The notes under the pieces are model-generated. The model had not been told where the DNA came from, ran no database searches, and saw only the letters and a list, made by a program, of their open reading frames with translations. The position numbers and the translations under genes are program-made. From Bispira polyomma (Eukaryota), in contig OZ287758.1 of the NCBI GenBank assembly GCA_965649765.1, positions 31,930,001 through 31,994,000 of the forward strand: a stretch of 64,000 bases of DNA. The letters are read 5' to 3'. Positions 1 through 13,228 of the stretch are shown in pieces (positions within the stretch are counted from its first letter, which is position 1; each line of letters opens with the position of its first letter).

Positions 1-270
1 ACTTGCTGATTCAAATTATGGTCATTTTAGTTTGGATAATATTTATATTTCTGAATTCTATGAAATAGTATTAGTACTTAATGTGCTGTGTTTAATTTGT
101 TTCTTAGTGAAGCCTCTTACCATATGGAAGATACGTGCCAAAGCTAAAAAGGCATAGGGTTGTCAATTTTCAGGGTAGCACAACTCTTTCGCAATCCTGT
201 AATGACAGAAATATCAATATAACTAATCTTTTAGATAGATGGTAGTCTTTATTTTCAACTAGATCCTCGC

Positions 271-660
271 TTAGTTGCTTCTATTCTCCGAACAGTCATA
301 GACATTTGACGAGCAAATGATGTCCATATCATGTTTATAAGAGGGTAAAAAGATGAATTCACAAGAGAAAGTTCCATGCTCAGAGTTATTTACATGTGCC
401 TCCTGACAGATGACTCCTGATTGTCTGTCAATTACTTCTATCAGATCTTTTACAAAACCATCAAAGTTAGTGCCTGCACGCAAATAGACAGTAATTAGGA
501 TAAGGTCTGCCAGGAAAGCTCCTGTTGCTATTTCAAGCTGATAAACGTCTTTGGCATTAGACAGGTATTCACTACACATACCAATATGTACTCATTTGTC
601 TCAAGAAAGTCTCACTGTAGCCTGTTGTTCTCAGGATTTTTAGATCTTTTAAAGTCGTAT
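271..660 (-). pseudogene. Accessory orfC copy of the env-LTR family
   Basis: YLSNAKDVYQLEIATGAFLADLILITVYLRAGTNFDGFVKDLIE aligns with ORF 20445-20771. The start is degraded; an acceptor ttccacag|AT lies at 661. Confidence 0.75.
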
Positions 661-1019
661 CTGTGGAAATAATTACACTGGTATTTCCAATGGTATTTTT
701 TTTTCTGAAGTGACTGCAGTAAGATAAGGAGTCTGGTGTAACAACAAATGTGTTTCCTTATATACAGTGGGATATTTGTATTCTTTTACCATATGAATTC
801 GGATTCACTTCATTCTTATAACAACATTTTCTCTTGAGAACATGAATATTACTTTTGTTTATTAAGATAATTTGAACATAGACAACATTGGAAAATGTTT
901 CTTTCAGTTGCATTAGGGAAACTATTATTAAATGGGAAAAGTTTGAAAGAGAAGCATTTTAATTCAAATAACATAAACACCAACAACAGTTATACATAAT
1001 TTCTGGCCTTAGTCTATTG

Positions 1020-1400
1020 AGTGGAGTCATCTAAAACTTTAATCCTAATCCATAGAAATAGTCAACCATTTTTTTTTATCCCACCTCTGTTATATATTCA
1101 CCCACAGTTTCTCCTGGCTTCAGCGTTCTATTAATGACAGTCATTTGTCTCTGCAGTTGAGTATGGGTGGCAGTGATATATTTATCTCTAAAGGCTGCTT
1201 CAAATACTGCATAATCATCTCTGGTTTGTTGTAGCAACAAGTGTAACCATTTTTTGCACTACCAGTGAAAAGAAGGCCCAGCAGATTGCATATAACATTT
1301 CTCTACCATCTATCTGCTATTTCTGGGTGAAGATCGTTAAAAGATACAGGCTTAAAAGGACGGGACTAATGGATTGTGTACTTGTAATATATTTAGAACT
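1020..1400 (-). pseudogene. gag: Degenerate Gypsy gag (capsid) remnant
   Basis: Manual translation FKPVSFNDLHPEIADRW*...FEAAFRDKYI...LKPGETVGEYITEV matches the element 1 gag (LRPASFKGLASEDADRW...AFRQKYI...ETVEAYITDV). Confidence 0.75.
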
Positions 1401-1621
1401 TGATCCATGTTGTTCTGTACTGGTCCTGTAATTTGTGTGCATTTTCTGGTTCTTCAGGGATAACATTTAGTGGAAATTTTTTTCATTCTCGATGCTTGCA
1501 GATTTTTCAAAAACCAATCAGTTCTACAAACAATTTATAACATCTCTACTGGGTAAAAGTCTAGATTTACACCTACCAGTCTTTCATCAAGTAATATCTT
1601 TGAATTCCAGGTTAACAGAAC

Positions 1622-4600
1622 TGTTACGCTCATTTTTCCTTGGTGATAACAAAGTTCCAGGGTTTGGATCTTTTCTCTTTGTAGGACATAGTTCAGTTTT
1701 AATTAGTGTAGGTCTTTTAGAGTTTCATGGCAACACAGGTTTCCAAAGTAAAAAAACCTCGCAAAATGATATCCATTCAGTTGATTTTACAAATGTCATT
1801 TTAATCTTGATTTGCTATCTCATGCTACATACTTTAATGACTTACCAAAACATTAAATACTATCATAAACAACATTATTCCATTATGTGAAAACTCTCAA
1901 AATAAATACAAGTTTTACCTTTACTAAAATATTCTAAGTTCTAAGACTAATGTAGAGTTTACAAGAATTTCTATTTCATATTAGAATTTTCCAAGTCCCA
2001 AGCTGGTAAAGAGAATTGTTTTTTAAATTTTAACCATTTACGCTGGACTTCTTAACTTCTCTGCCTTGACACCCTATGTGTCAGGGTTTTTATAGACAAG
2101 GATTATTCAGCCCTTGACAAAGGAAAACATACATAGTTCGATACTGTCCAACAGAACACATGACTTAAAGTCCTCACTGGATGGGGTCAGAACAATGCAC
2201 ATGCACTAATTGGCTTTTTTCCAATACTTACGTAAAAACATAGATTATTGGACACTGTCCAACAGACCACATGACATAAAGTCCTCACTGGACGGAGTCC
2301 ATAACAACACGCATGTACTATTTGGAATTTTTGTAATACTTTTGTTTTGATCAACTTAGGCATTACTTAATCTTAGGTTAAGATAATCACATTTTAGACA
2401 GCTGTACACAATATCCAAAGACACCAAAAAGTAACATTTTGACCGCATGTAGTGGCTGAATCCTTCATACCTAAATTATTCGGGTGATTTGAGACGCTGT
2501 GGGTCCAGTAACACAGTATTTCCAGATATAGCCGCATAACTGGCTGTTAATGCGAACACACGGCAGTTTGTACACCTACTTTAACCGAATGAGATTGTGG
2601 AGCTTGGAGTCGGACCTGCACTAGACATAGTTGTCACGGTTCCTGTTTGAGATAAAGATGTTTGCAAAACGTTGTTTGTCAACGTGGAAGTATCTGAATA
2701 CTAAAAAATAACACCTTAGATTGCACTTCCCGGCTTACATACACATGTAAAGATAAGTGTTCCTACATTCGTTTAACATACAATGTTAATAGTTTGATAC
2801 TCACAATATGTACAATATACAATAATATGGCGAACTTATATATTGAGGTAATCTTAATTAGGTTTACCTCTTAACAGAAATCTGACTTAAGGTCACCATC
2901 AATTTACGAAAACATTTAAGTCAAGAGAGTGACTTAAGGTCACCGTAACTTGTTATACTGAATTATTCTTTTTAATAATGTTTAATCAAGGTCACCATAA
3001 ATAAGTGATTAGTTAGAAAAACTAACTAAACATAGTGACTTAAGGCCACCTTAATATTGACATTTACTTTAACTCAATAAAATCAACTTTTTATAATTGA
3101 TACAAAGATTGTTCAAAAAAGAAATGTTCCTAACCAAAATATGTATATATATAGTTAAACATTAAGTGTAACCAGTTTAAAATCTTAGTTTAATTCTGTA
3201 TTATTTTCCTGCTGATAAGAAACTGCTTTACTAGTGTGTGCACAGTCTGAGGTGGGTATGTGCTGGATGTGATTATATATCGATTAGCACAACAATTAGA
3301 TGGTAGAAGTCGTCCAGCCACCGAGAAATCCAGCTTCCGGTCATGTCAATCTTGATTTGCTATCCCATGCTATATACTTTAATGACTTATCAAAACATTA
3401 AACACTATAATAAACAACATTATTCCGTTGTGTGTAAACTCTCAAAATAAATACAAGTTTTACTCTTTTCCAAAATGTTCTAAGTTCCAAGACAAATGTA
3501 GGATTTACAAGAATTTTCCATAACTTTATAAAGAGAATTGTTTTTAAACTTTTAATCATCTATGTTGGACTTCTCAACTTCGCTGCCCTTCTTCCCTGAC
3601 TCCCTTTGTGTCGGGGTTTTTATAGGCAAGGATTACTCGGCCTTTTGGCAAAGAAAAACATACGCAGTTGGACACTGTCCAACTGAACACATACAAAGTC
3701 CCCACTGGACAGAGTTCAGAACAACGCACATCTACTAATTGGAGTTTTTCCAATACCTATGTTAAGACCAACTTGGGCATTACTTAATGTCAGGTTTTAG
3801 ATGATCAATCTTTGGACACTGTCCAAGTCTCTTGCTGTAGCATGTGTGCCGCGCAATATCCCTAGCTTATTAGGGGGCAGTTTGCCAGCTCCGCATATTA
3901 AGCGGTGGACTGACAATGCTGGCTAATGGTCAAAACTGCACTGCAGTAGAGCTAACACAGACTAATTGATACATCTGATGTGAGGTGCTTCTTTAACAGT
4001 GTTTTGATACATGATTTACCAGAGAATATATTATTAAAACTAGCTATTATTAAACTGATACATTATTTAAAACATGGGTGGATATATACAGATAATTCTA
4101 TATTTCTCACGTTAACTTAACTTGCAAAGGGTGAGGTTTATATAATTGTAATTTCAGCTGGCTTTTTACTGATTTAATCAGTAAACCAAACATTAACTAA
4201 ATTCAGTTTATTTCATTAAAAATATGCAGAGTAATTGCAAATCAGTCTTTATATAGTACTAGATTTGCTCTGCCTTAACACACACATTGAGGACTAATAT
4301 TTGTAAGATTTGTCTCTAAATTAGGCTCAGCAATCTGGCATATTGCCTTGTGAGAATTTTGTCTACTCAGTGCTGACTAATGCTGGCCAACTCACATGAT
4401 TCTGTAGTCTTATTGACTTGGCTGCAGTTCAATATTTTGTGATGTACACAGCTCTCTAATAAGGAAAGTATTAGTGTTTGTAGCCAAAAGGGGGACAACA
4501 GCAGATACCTCTATGGCGAGTTGCCAAAAGGAAATAAAAGAATTGCTAAAAGTGATCAATTGCAATTTCTCTGTTTTAGCCACATGGATAACATAATTAT

Positions 4601-4665
4601 ACCCATCATTTTAATTACATCTTGTTAATTAACTACAGAAAAGTAGAGGAATTTGTGTCATAACA
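1622..4665 (-). repeat. Interrupted/composite 3' LTR of element 1
   Basis: 1622-1975 matches 11720-12040 and ~4097-4665 matches 12035-12592. The intervening ~2.1 kb holds related LTR pieces (1795-2395 resembles 3345-3830) and a decayed orfD piece (2400-2700). Confidence 0.7.
2715..3215. repeat. ~500-bp module with clustered AAGGTCA motifs, copy 1
   Basis: Colinear with 27947-28445. Confidence 0.8.
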
Positions 4666-5067
4666 ATACTTTCGACACAAAGAAAAGCTGTCCTCAGCTT
4701 TGTAAGAATGGATATCAATAATATGTTTTCTTTGCATACAACATCAATATAATTCACTAAGGTCTAACACCTAAAGATATAGGTGTAGAAATATAAACGC
4801 CTTAATGTATACTGATAAGAGAAACGTACAACATTCCGACACCTGCGGGTACCCTTCCCTTAACTCTTAATGAAGGACAGGTGTGTCTTTCTGTAAACCC
4901 TTTTCAGGCAAACACAACAACAATACAGCAACCACAGTACAATCAAGAGAAAACAGTTTGTGGGATAACAAATCATATGGACAATACAAACTCAGACAAC
5001 ATCAAATATGTTAAATAGAGGAGTTCAGTGAGAGTTAGAGGCATTGAAGGTTAGAGTCATTAAGAGT

Positions 5068-5511
5068 TTATAATATTATGAAGACTGTACAAGCTTGTGA
5101 ACTATAAGATAAGTTTTGATCATATGTACTAGAAGAGTCACAGCATGTTGTAATGAACATACCACAATTGTTCCTGTACATTTTGGACAGCTGTACATAA
5201 TATCCAAGGACACCAAAAAGTAACATTTTACTCGCATGTAGTCGCTGAACCTTATTCCCAGATATAGCCGCATAACTGGTTGTTGAGGCAAACATATATC
5301 AGCTTTTACACTCACTTAAACTGAACGAGATCGTGGATAAAACAACGGAGCTTGAAGTTTGACCTGCACCATATACAGGTGTCTCGGTTCCTGGTGGTAC
5401 AACAGCGTTGGTCAACAAGGAAGTATGCGAATACAAATTCACAAACAGTGGATCCATGTTGTCTGAAGCTACTGGCAGAACATCCTAGAATGCAAGAGGA
5501 TGTGTAGACAT
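5068..5511 (-). pseudogene. Accessory orfD, element 1
   Basis: Frameshifted ORFs 5068-5295 and 5076-5315; SLDIMYSCPKCTG...YLIVHKL aligns with the C-terminus of ORF 19949-20401. Confidence 0.7.
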
Positions 5512-5569
5512 TGTGTACTAGAGACTCACTGAAGCTTAGAGACAGATGTGGGTGCAGTTGGCAATAAGC

Positions 5570-5791
5570 TAGAGCTCTTGCTCTATGTCATGAAGAAAAT
5601 CGTGGGTATCCACTCCAACTTTTAAAGAAACTTTAATGAGGGTATGATTTCCATAAGCAACACCAGTGATAACATGTGTCTAAAATATGCCTTCACAATC
5701 TTATAAATATTCCAAGACGTCGCCACCATCAACTGAAAGGATTATTTGGTCACTGCCAAAAACTTGAATGTCCAAAATGAGGATTGTTCAT
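5570..5791 (-). pseudogene. Accessory orfC, element 1
   Basis: Nucleotide copy of ORF 13792-14058 with a deletion and stops. Confidence 0.7.
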
Positions 5792-6242
5792 TTGGTTTGT
5801 TTCCCTGACTAATCTGAATAAGAATGAAATATAAAAAAAACTTTCTCTTAAGGTTATGAAATAAATGTTTATGTAGTAAAATGGGAAATATTTGTTCCTA
5901 TTTGAAAAACAATACGAATAATTTGCCTATTTAGTGACATATACTGTAAAAACTGTGCTAAAATCGGAGTAGATTAAATGTCAAAAAAGTGTGGATTCCA
6001 ATTCTCGATTGGATCACACCAAGACGGATTATTGGGACGGTTGCACGGGAAATCCCTTCTTAAATGGCCATGTTTAATAATAGAGAGAGTTATATACGCA
6101 TCATAATCAGTCTAGGAGTCATCAGACTGTCTTTAATATTTGGTTAAATTACGGAGGTGATATAGCTCCTTGAAGGCATGCCTAAATTGTTTTAAAGTCT
6201 TGGAAAAAGATTCTGTAAGTTCTAATAGTGCGAAGTCATCCC

Positions 6243-6802
6243 TTAGGGGAAGGTCAAAGGTGTCCACCTTATAGTTTTTTGTGTATGCTCATCTAAAGAA
6301 CAAATCAAATCTATATCATAGAATCGCATGTCCCGGTTATTATTGAAATAATAGTATAGCGCATACAAGACGTCAGCCCATTTCTTCGGGGAAATAGGTT
6401 TGAAAGTTTTCAAAATATCTATGTCGTAAATATGATTTCGCAATTGTAGATATACACAGGCTCTGATCACGTCAGCTGTTTCAAAATCACCAGAGATTGG
6501 ATTTCCCAAAATACAGCTTAAAGCACATGTCAAAGATTCTACATTCTCTAAAATGCATGACATCCGACAATGTACTCCACTTTAATCGGAAAGTAGAAGA
6601 TTTTTCAAACTTTTTTTCAAAGCTCCCTAGTTTTTGAAAAATCTGGACAAGCAAAGAAACTTGTAGAAAGATGTCCAATTTGATTAGAATCTCTTGAAAC
6701 CCTCCGACAGTAAAGGTGATACATTCCATGATGTCCAGCAAATTCCAAAGGTAGCCAACAATAAAAAGAAATGTCAAAACTTACACTTGCAAAAAAAAAC
6801 AA
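6243..6802 (-). pseudogene. Accessory orfA, element 1 (helical protein of unknown function)
   Basis: DVIRACVYLQ...KKWADVLYALYYYF aligns with NIIRAAIYMQ...SQWASIAYILSYHY of ORF 29323-29916. Confidence 0.65.
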
Positions 6803-7324
6803 AGAAATTTATCAACAAAATCACTAAAAAACAAAAAAAAAATTCTAATTGGTGTACAAGTATTTCTGATAATATCCCTTAGTTGAGAGAGCTTTTTGAG
6901 TATTTCCAAATCCAACTACAGTAGCAAAAAACAGTGTCAACACTTATGAAAGAGTGAGGGATGGGGGTAGGTTGTGGCCAGTATTTACACACTGTGCTCA
7001 CTCAAATTAATCAGTCCCATTGTACTGGAGAAGTAGTTGGTGAGTGAATAAAAGGGTGTAAAGTGGGGCAGGCTTTTAACAAAAAAGGGTGCCGCTAGAA
7101 CAATATATAGTGTACAGTAGAAGTACGTTCTAGGATGAGATTAAGGTATTAACAGATTAAAGGATATGGTTCATAATGGATGCACTTCCCGTAATGAGAG
7201 AAAAGCATAAGGGATTAAGGGGGTGGCACTCAGGAAAGGTTTCACAGAGTCTCCATTTGGGGCTCGGAGTGCCTTTGTCCATGGTCTAATTGCCTTATTT
7301 GTTGCATTGGAATATATTGAGAAC

Positions 7325-9640
7325 TTACTTTACTATTTCTATTTTATGAAACAAGATATCTTGCACATCTCCATCAGTCACCACCGACACCCTGACTACA
7401 AACGCTTTATCTTTAATGTTTAAATACTTTAGAGCAGATTTTGGGCTCAGCCAAAGTTTTGAAGGTAAATAAATGATATTTCCTGACTCAGATAAGGTGA
7501 TCTTAAGAAAATCCCAGTTAAATTTGATCTGTGGAAATAATAGTTCTCTCAAAACTGCAAAAGAGAGCTCTCTCTGGTGTTTCTGGAGTTTTGTGAACAG
7601 AAAGGGATTTTTTTGGAAGAAACATTTACACAGTTTCAGTAGCAACAAAATAAATTGCATCATTATTACAAAGGATAGTAAACCCATAAGAGCATAAAGT
7701 AAATACTCTATCTCTGTCCCAAGTTTTAAGTTTAAGTCATGTGGATCCCTAGGTGCTAATGTGGCAAGAGCCACAAACTCGGCATCCCTTTGGATAAAGT
7801 TTCTCCTTAGGGTGGCCTGTGACTTGTACAGCTTAAATGTAACCACAAACTCAATTGTAACTACCATCAGTGTGACATAGATAGAAATTACTAACCAAAG
7901 CGAGTTAACAATGGCGATATCGGCCAAAAGTTTGACTAAAATAAGCATCCCACGGGGTGGCATAGAGGGTTTCATTATTTCTGATTGCCTTAAAAATTTT
8001 CTTTAAATCCAGAACACTTTCGTCCTGATTTACCAACATAAGCTAATGTCCAAACTTAACTCTAGTGAGATTAATTTCTGGAAGGCTAAATTGACCACTG
8101 CGTAATTTGTCAGTAAATCTACTTCTGTGGCAACTAGTAACTCCACATTGCCATATAATTTGGAACTTGTTCGTAGTCTGAAAATCCAGGGTAAGAGCAA
8201 CTTTCTGTGCTTGGGGGAATGTAAAAGCTACTACCTTTCAAGCTACATGAATATTTATGGATAATGACACAATTTGTACAGCCCTTAAAAATTCTTGGAG
8301 GCATGGATTCACATGTTTCGACCCAATTTCTTTCTGAAGTACCAATAAGTACTTTCCCATCTTGCAAATCTGTGAAGTGAGCTTCTTTAGGATCTGGATT
8401 TGGATGTAAACTAATTTTACATAAATTATATACTTTGTCAAGGTCATTGCTATATAAATCACTGGCATAGGTCGGTTGACTGCTCTCGAATATATTTTTA
8501 ATGTACTCTGACACTGTTTTAAATAAGATCCTGGACAAGACTGGAATGTAACCTGATCAATTTCAGTGAAAAATCTAATTTCTGTGGTCACTCCTAAATA
8601 AGCAGGCAGTTCATTAATAGATGTGAATGAATTATTCCTATGCCCTGCTACAACTGGAATGCTTTCTATCTTTTATACACTAAAAGCAAATTAGTACTAG
8701 ATATTGGTATATCTAGTTTAATGTACAGAATATTCTGTGTTCTGGCAAAACTTATTCTGTTAGACTGATAAAATGTATTTGGATTTGAATGTAATAATTT
8801 AAACGAAGGATGTTAAGTCTCAGATAGTAAGAGATGTATCCAAGAATAGTTTTTATCCGAATGGGAGAAATTACATGCATTGGCAAATAACCTTTTAGTG
8901 TTAAAGTGGTATAGCTTTCTATAATTTTGTCCATTTCTGATGTCATAAGCAACATAGAGGACACTTCTCTTGCATTAATTGAATGCATCAGTGTGACTAT
9001 TTCTTAAGAACTTCTATTCTGGCTTCCATCTCATTTAAAGTTTCAGTCCATGAGTGTTGTAATTTGTCCATTTCATGAATGCTTTCAATAATTAAGAGTT
9101 TGTTTTGTGTACAGCATCAGCTATACGCTTAAAATTCTCATTACTTTCCATTTCCAGGGATGATAATCAACTGTTAAACTTCATGAATCCTTTGAATGAT
9201 TCTGGGTTAGTTACCAAAGCGACGATATGAGCTTTGAGTATATTCATGTCTTTTGCAGTTGCTATCCCAAACAAATTCTTCGATATAGTTCCTAAAAAAT
9301 CTAGTGGGGCTCTTCTTTTCCTCTGTCGAGGTTTCATATTATCATTTAACTTCTGTACTCTGCCAGCCGGTATTAATCCGTTTATAATACTTCGTTTCTC
9401 ATTTAATTCCTTCTTCAACAATGCTCTGATTGTAATTTAGAGCTGTAAGATCTGGTAATGGAACTACAATTGTATGCCCTTAATACGAAATAGAGTTATC
9501 CAACACTGCAACTCCTCTAAGCACAGTTCTTTCACCACCACTTGTGGAAGTCCACTTTCAACAGAATATCTTCCAAGAATCAAGTTCAGGCCAAGGAAGA
9601 AGGTGGCCAGCCTACTCCATTGTGAGACCTTCATCTTCAT
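7325..9640 (-). pseudogene. env: env, class I fusion glycoprotein of the baculovirus-F/errantivirus type, frameshifted
   Basis: Signal-like N-terminus; furin site RKRR followed by APLDFLGTISKNLFGIATAKD; Cys-rich segment; two TM segments; colinear with env at 22115-24766. Confidence 0.88.
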
Positions 9641-9715
9641 CTTGGTTACTTTAATGTTCAATTTTAGCTAAGCTTTGGTTGGCACCTGGATCTTCTGAGT
9701 TGCATGTCTGTTTCT

Positions 9716-10060
9716 TCAGCTTGGAGCATCTGTGCTTACTTCACACACAGATTTTTCATCAGGTTGATTTTTGTTAAGACTAAAATCAGCAACGAGTGTT
9801 GAGTTTTGGTCATCAATATTTAGGTCATCACTTTCTGCAGCTTTCTGTTTATAGCTGTCTGTAATATCTGCAATGTTTGACTCGTCTCTAACTTGTGGTT
9901 CATCTACATCAACCAATTGTTGATCTTCTTGTACTAAACCATCATGTTCTTCTGATGCATCATCTTCTCCCAGTATTGCTTTGAGTTCTTCGTCTATGGG
10001 TGGTACAACAGTCCAATCGACATAAGGTCTGAGACGGTCAACATGAAGTTGCGTTTTCCA
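9716..10060 (-). pseudogene. pol: Integrase C-terminal tail with acidic extension
   Basis: LHVDRLRPYV...PPIDEEL matches VHVNRLKPYV...PPIDEEL in ORF 25012-25680. Confidence 0.8.
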
Positions 10061-10300
10061 ATCAAAAATAAAAATGACAATTGCAAACTTAAATGTAGTG
10101 GAGCACACAGTTAATGTTTCTTTATCACAAGGCTTCAGCTTATCTTTTAAATGAGGAAATTGTTAGTTTAGGTCCTGCCAGTGAAATAGTAGATCCAGAA
10201 TCAAAGGGTGCAAATATTTTCATAAATGACAAACCTTTTTGTTTTATCATATTCTGCATTATACACGCATCTGTCTTGCCCCTCTTGCCACTCTGACTGC
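10060..10300 (-). pseudogene. pol: Retropepsin protease remnant
   Basis: Minus strand reads MKIFAPFDSGSTISL, an aspartic protease DSG motif. Confidence 0.7.
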
Positions 10301-10329
10301 GGGCAGTTTCCGTCATTACATTCGTCTGG

Positions 10330-11296
10330 TCTGCGCCACAGCCCCATTCGGTGACGCATGCTGATAGTTTAAAGGCCCTCTTGGGGTGTTATTCCATTGA
10401 TTAAAATTTCTACTTTTCAGCTGTGGGCAATGATTCTTCATGTGACCTCTCCTATTGTACCTGTAGCATGTAACATGTGCCAGCTGCGGCTTTATGACCA
10501 GATTTTTGACATCGTTGGCTTTAAAGCTGAAAATTTTCCTTCATAGCTGGTGTTTGGAATTGTGGTGCTCTCGTCTGAAACGGCTGGCTCCATAGATTAA
10601 TCTTCATAAACTGGACACTCTCTAGGTTATTGATAGCTTTAGCTAAATATCCCATACTTTTGTTGTAGGTATCCTGCATCAAATTAACTTTCAGAACCAC
10701 TGTCTTTGGGTTTTAAATTCTTAATACATTCTGCTAGTTTAGCTTTTGTCTTAGTAGCCTTCTGAGGATTATAAACCTAGTTTCGGCATCACCTTTTTGT
10801 AGCTGGCTGCATCTTTGTCTGACATCAGTTATATAGGCCTCCACTGTTTCTGCCGGTCCTTAACTCTATCAAACAAACCTTGCTCCTTCAACCAATTAAG
10901 ATTATTTGCGTCAATATATTTCTGCCTGAATGCCTCTAGCAGTTAGTTCCAATTTCCCCTCAGTGCTTCTAGCAAACTATTGTACCAAATTTCTGCTGAT
11001 TGCTCTACCATCAGGCGAAATATTTGGGGTTTTCTCCTGTCATTCATGTTACAATAATCTGAATAACTCAAAAATATTTTTATCCAACGGTCAGCATCTT
11101 CACTAGCCAATCCTTTAAATGATGCAGGTCTTAGAGATGACTGTTCGGCTTGATTACCTCTTTGCTGCAATGCTTGTTGTATTTTTTCCCGGTTGACTTC
11201 ATGAGCAGCACTCTGATGATCATTTTGTTGGATCAGCCCCTGTACCTGATTTCTTAGCTGATCATTATTTCCAGCTAAAACATCCAAATTTGCCAT
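10330..11296 (-). pseudogene. gag: gag of element 1
   Basis: ORF 10943-11296 is capsid-like, continues through stops to ETVEAYITDV and a decayed CCHC knuckle CYRYNRRGHMKNHC (~10425-10470). Confidence 0.82.
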
Positions 11297-11700
11297 ATCT
11301 GACCTTAGCAGGTAATATTTCTTAAAGGTTGATCTCTTCTTGGGAAGTTTTTCTGACTTCTTTGATGCATCCAGCTTGCTCCACTAAGTTTTGATTACCA
11401 TGCTGTTGGAATTATTCAATATCGACAGCATAGGCAGGTGGAAGATCTTTGTGGTGCCTTTTTAAATGTTTCATGAGCATTTTTCTACTTGCGTGTTTGT
11501 ACTTACGAAAACAACAGCCATGGCTCCAAGCGGTGGTGCTTTTGTCATTGTCAAAAAAAGTTAATGCGTGTGACCCTTCTCTGGTTAAGGTTAAAAGTTG
11601 TTTATCAGCACTTGTATGTGCTGGATGACACTGCTCTTGACATGTTTTTCCTTGAAATTACCTATGTGTCCTGGAAACCACCTTATTGTCCTTGAGATTA

Positions 11701-11716
11701 CCCGGCATCTCCACCA
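11701..11716 (-). promoter_or_regulatory. Primer-binding site complementary to the tRNA-Ala 3' end
   Basis: Minus strand TGGTGGAGATGCCGGG, 3 nt after the LTR end TAACA; eukaryotic tRNA-Ala ends in CCCGGCATCTCCACCA. Confidence 0.9.
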
Positions 11717-11719
11717 AAT

Positions 11720-12592
11720 TGTTATGCTCATTTTTCCTAAGTCATAACAAGTTCCGGGGTTTGGATCTTTTCTCTTTGTAGGACAAAGTTCAGTTGTGTA
11801 GGTCTGTTAGAGTTCCGTGACGACACATGTTTCTAAAGTAAAAACTCGCAAAATGATATCCATTCAGTTTATTTTACAAATATTATTTTAATCTTTATTT
11901 GCTATCCCATGCTATATACTTTAATGACCTATTAAAACATTAAATACTATAATAAACAACATCATTCCAATAGTTTTACCTTTTTCCAGAATATTCTAAG
12001 TTCCAAAACTAATGTAGGATTTACAAGAATTTTATATTTCTCAAAGTGAACTTAACTTGCAAAGTGTGAGGTTTATATAATTGAAATTTCAGCTGGCCTT
12101 TTATTAATTTCATTTGTAAATTCAGTTAATTTCACTAAAAATATGCAGAGAAATTTGTACTTTATATAGTACAAAGATATACTGTGCCTTAACACACACA
12201 TTGATGACTAATAAAGTGTAAAGTTTGTCTCTAAATTAGTTATGGCATAGCAGTCTGGCATATTGCCTTGTGAGATTTTTGTCTACTCAGTGCTGACTAA
12301 TGCTGGCCAACTCACATGATTCTGTAGTCTTATTGACTTGGCTGCAGTTCAATATTTTGTGATGTACACAGCTCTCTAATTAGGAAAGTATTAGTGCTTG
12401 TAGCCAAAAAGGGGACAACAGCAAATACCTCTATGGCGAGTTGCCAAAAGGGACTAATAAGAGAATTGCCAAAATTGATCAATGGCAATTTCTTTGTTTT
12501 AGTCACATGGATAACATGATTATACCCATCATTTTAATTACATCTTAGTAATTAATTAACTACAGAAAAGTAGAGGAATTTGTGTCATAACA
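11720..12592 (-). repeat. 5' LTR of element 1 (~873 bp)
   Basis: TGTTA...TAACA ends; minus-strand TATA at ~12161-12169 and AATAAA at ~11895; adjacent PBS. Confidence 0.85.
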
Positions 12593-13228
12593 ATACTCTC
12601 GACACACAGAAAAAGCTGTCCTCAGCTTTGTAAGAATGGATATCAATGAAATGTTTTCTTTGCATACAACATTAATATAATTCACTAAGATCTAACACTT
12701 AAAGATATAGGTGTAGCAATATAAACACCTTAACTTATACTGATAAGAGAAACATACATTCCCACACCTGCGGGTACCTGTCCCTTAACTCTTAACGAAT
12801 GACAGGTGTGTCTTTCTGTAAACCCTTTTCAGGCAAACAACAACAATAAAGCAACCACAGTGCAATCAAGAGAAAACAGTTTGACTTACTATGAAATAGA
12901 CATATAACTACTTGATTATAAATGGAAACCTAACCGGTGTCAAACTTGACACACAAAAATATATATAGAGTACATGACTGACAGTTAGTATATAGAGCTA
13001 GCATAACCGGTGTTCACAGTGAACACACCAAAATATACATAAAACCATGTTTTGTCTGTTTGCTTGATACCATTTACGTGTGACTAGCTTTTAGAACAGA
13101 TAACACATTTAACACTGCAGTAATGTGGGATAACAAATCATATGGACATTACAATCTCAGACAACATCAAATATGTTAAATAGAGGAGTTCATTGAGAGT
13201 TAGAGGCATTGAAGGTTAGAGTCATTAA

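Larger units (their letters stand above)
1622..12592 (-). mobile_element. Element 1: env-bearing Ty3/Gypsy-like LTR element, internally deleted (no RT, RNase H or IN core)
   Basis: LTRs at 11720-12592 and 1622-4665 (interrupted); PBS, gag, protease DSG, IN tail, env and accessory ORFs in order. Confidence 0.85.

Noticed and set aside
1492-1890. 132-aa plus-strand ORF
   Set aside because: It spans the LTR insertion junction and is antisense to the LTR; the homologous LTR is not open.
11701-11716. tRNA gene or tmRNA end (also 26475-26490)
   Set aside because: Only 16 nt complementary to the tRNA 3' end including CCA, adjacent to an LTR; it is a PBS.
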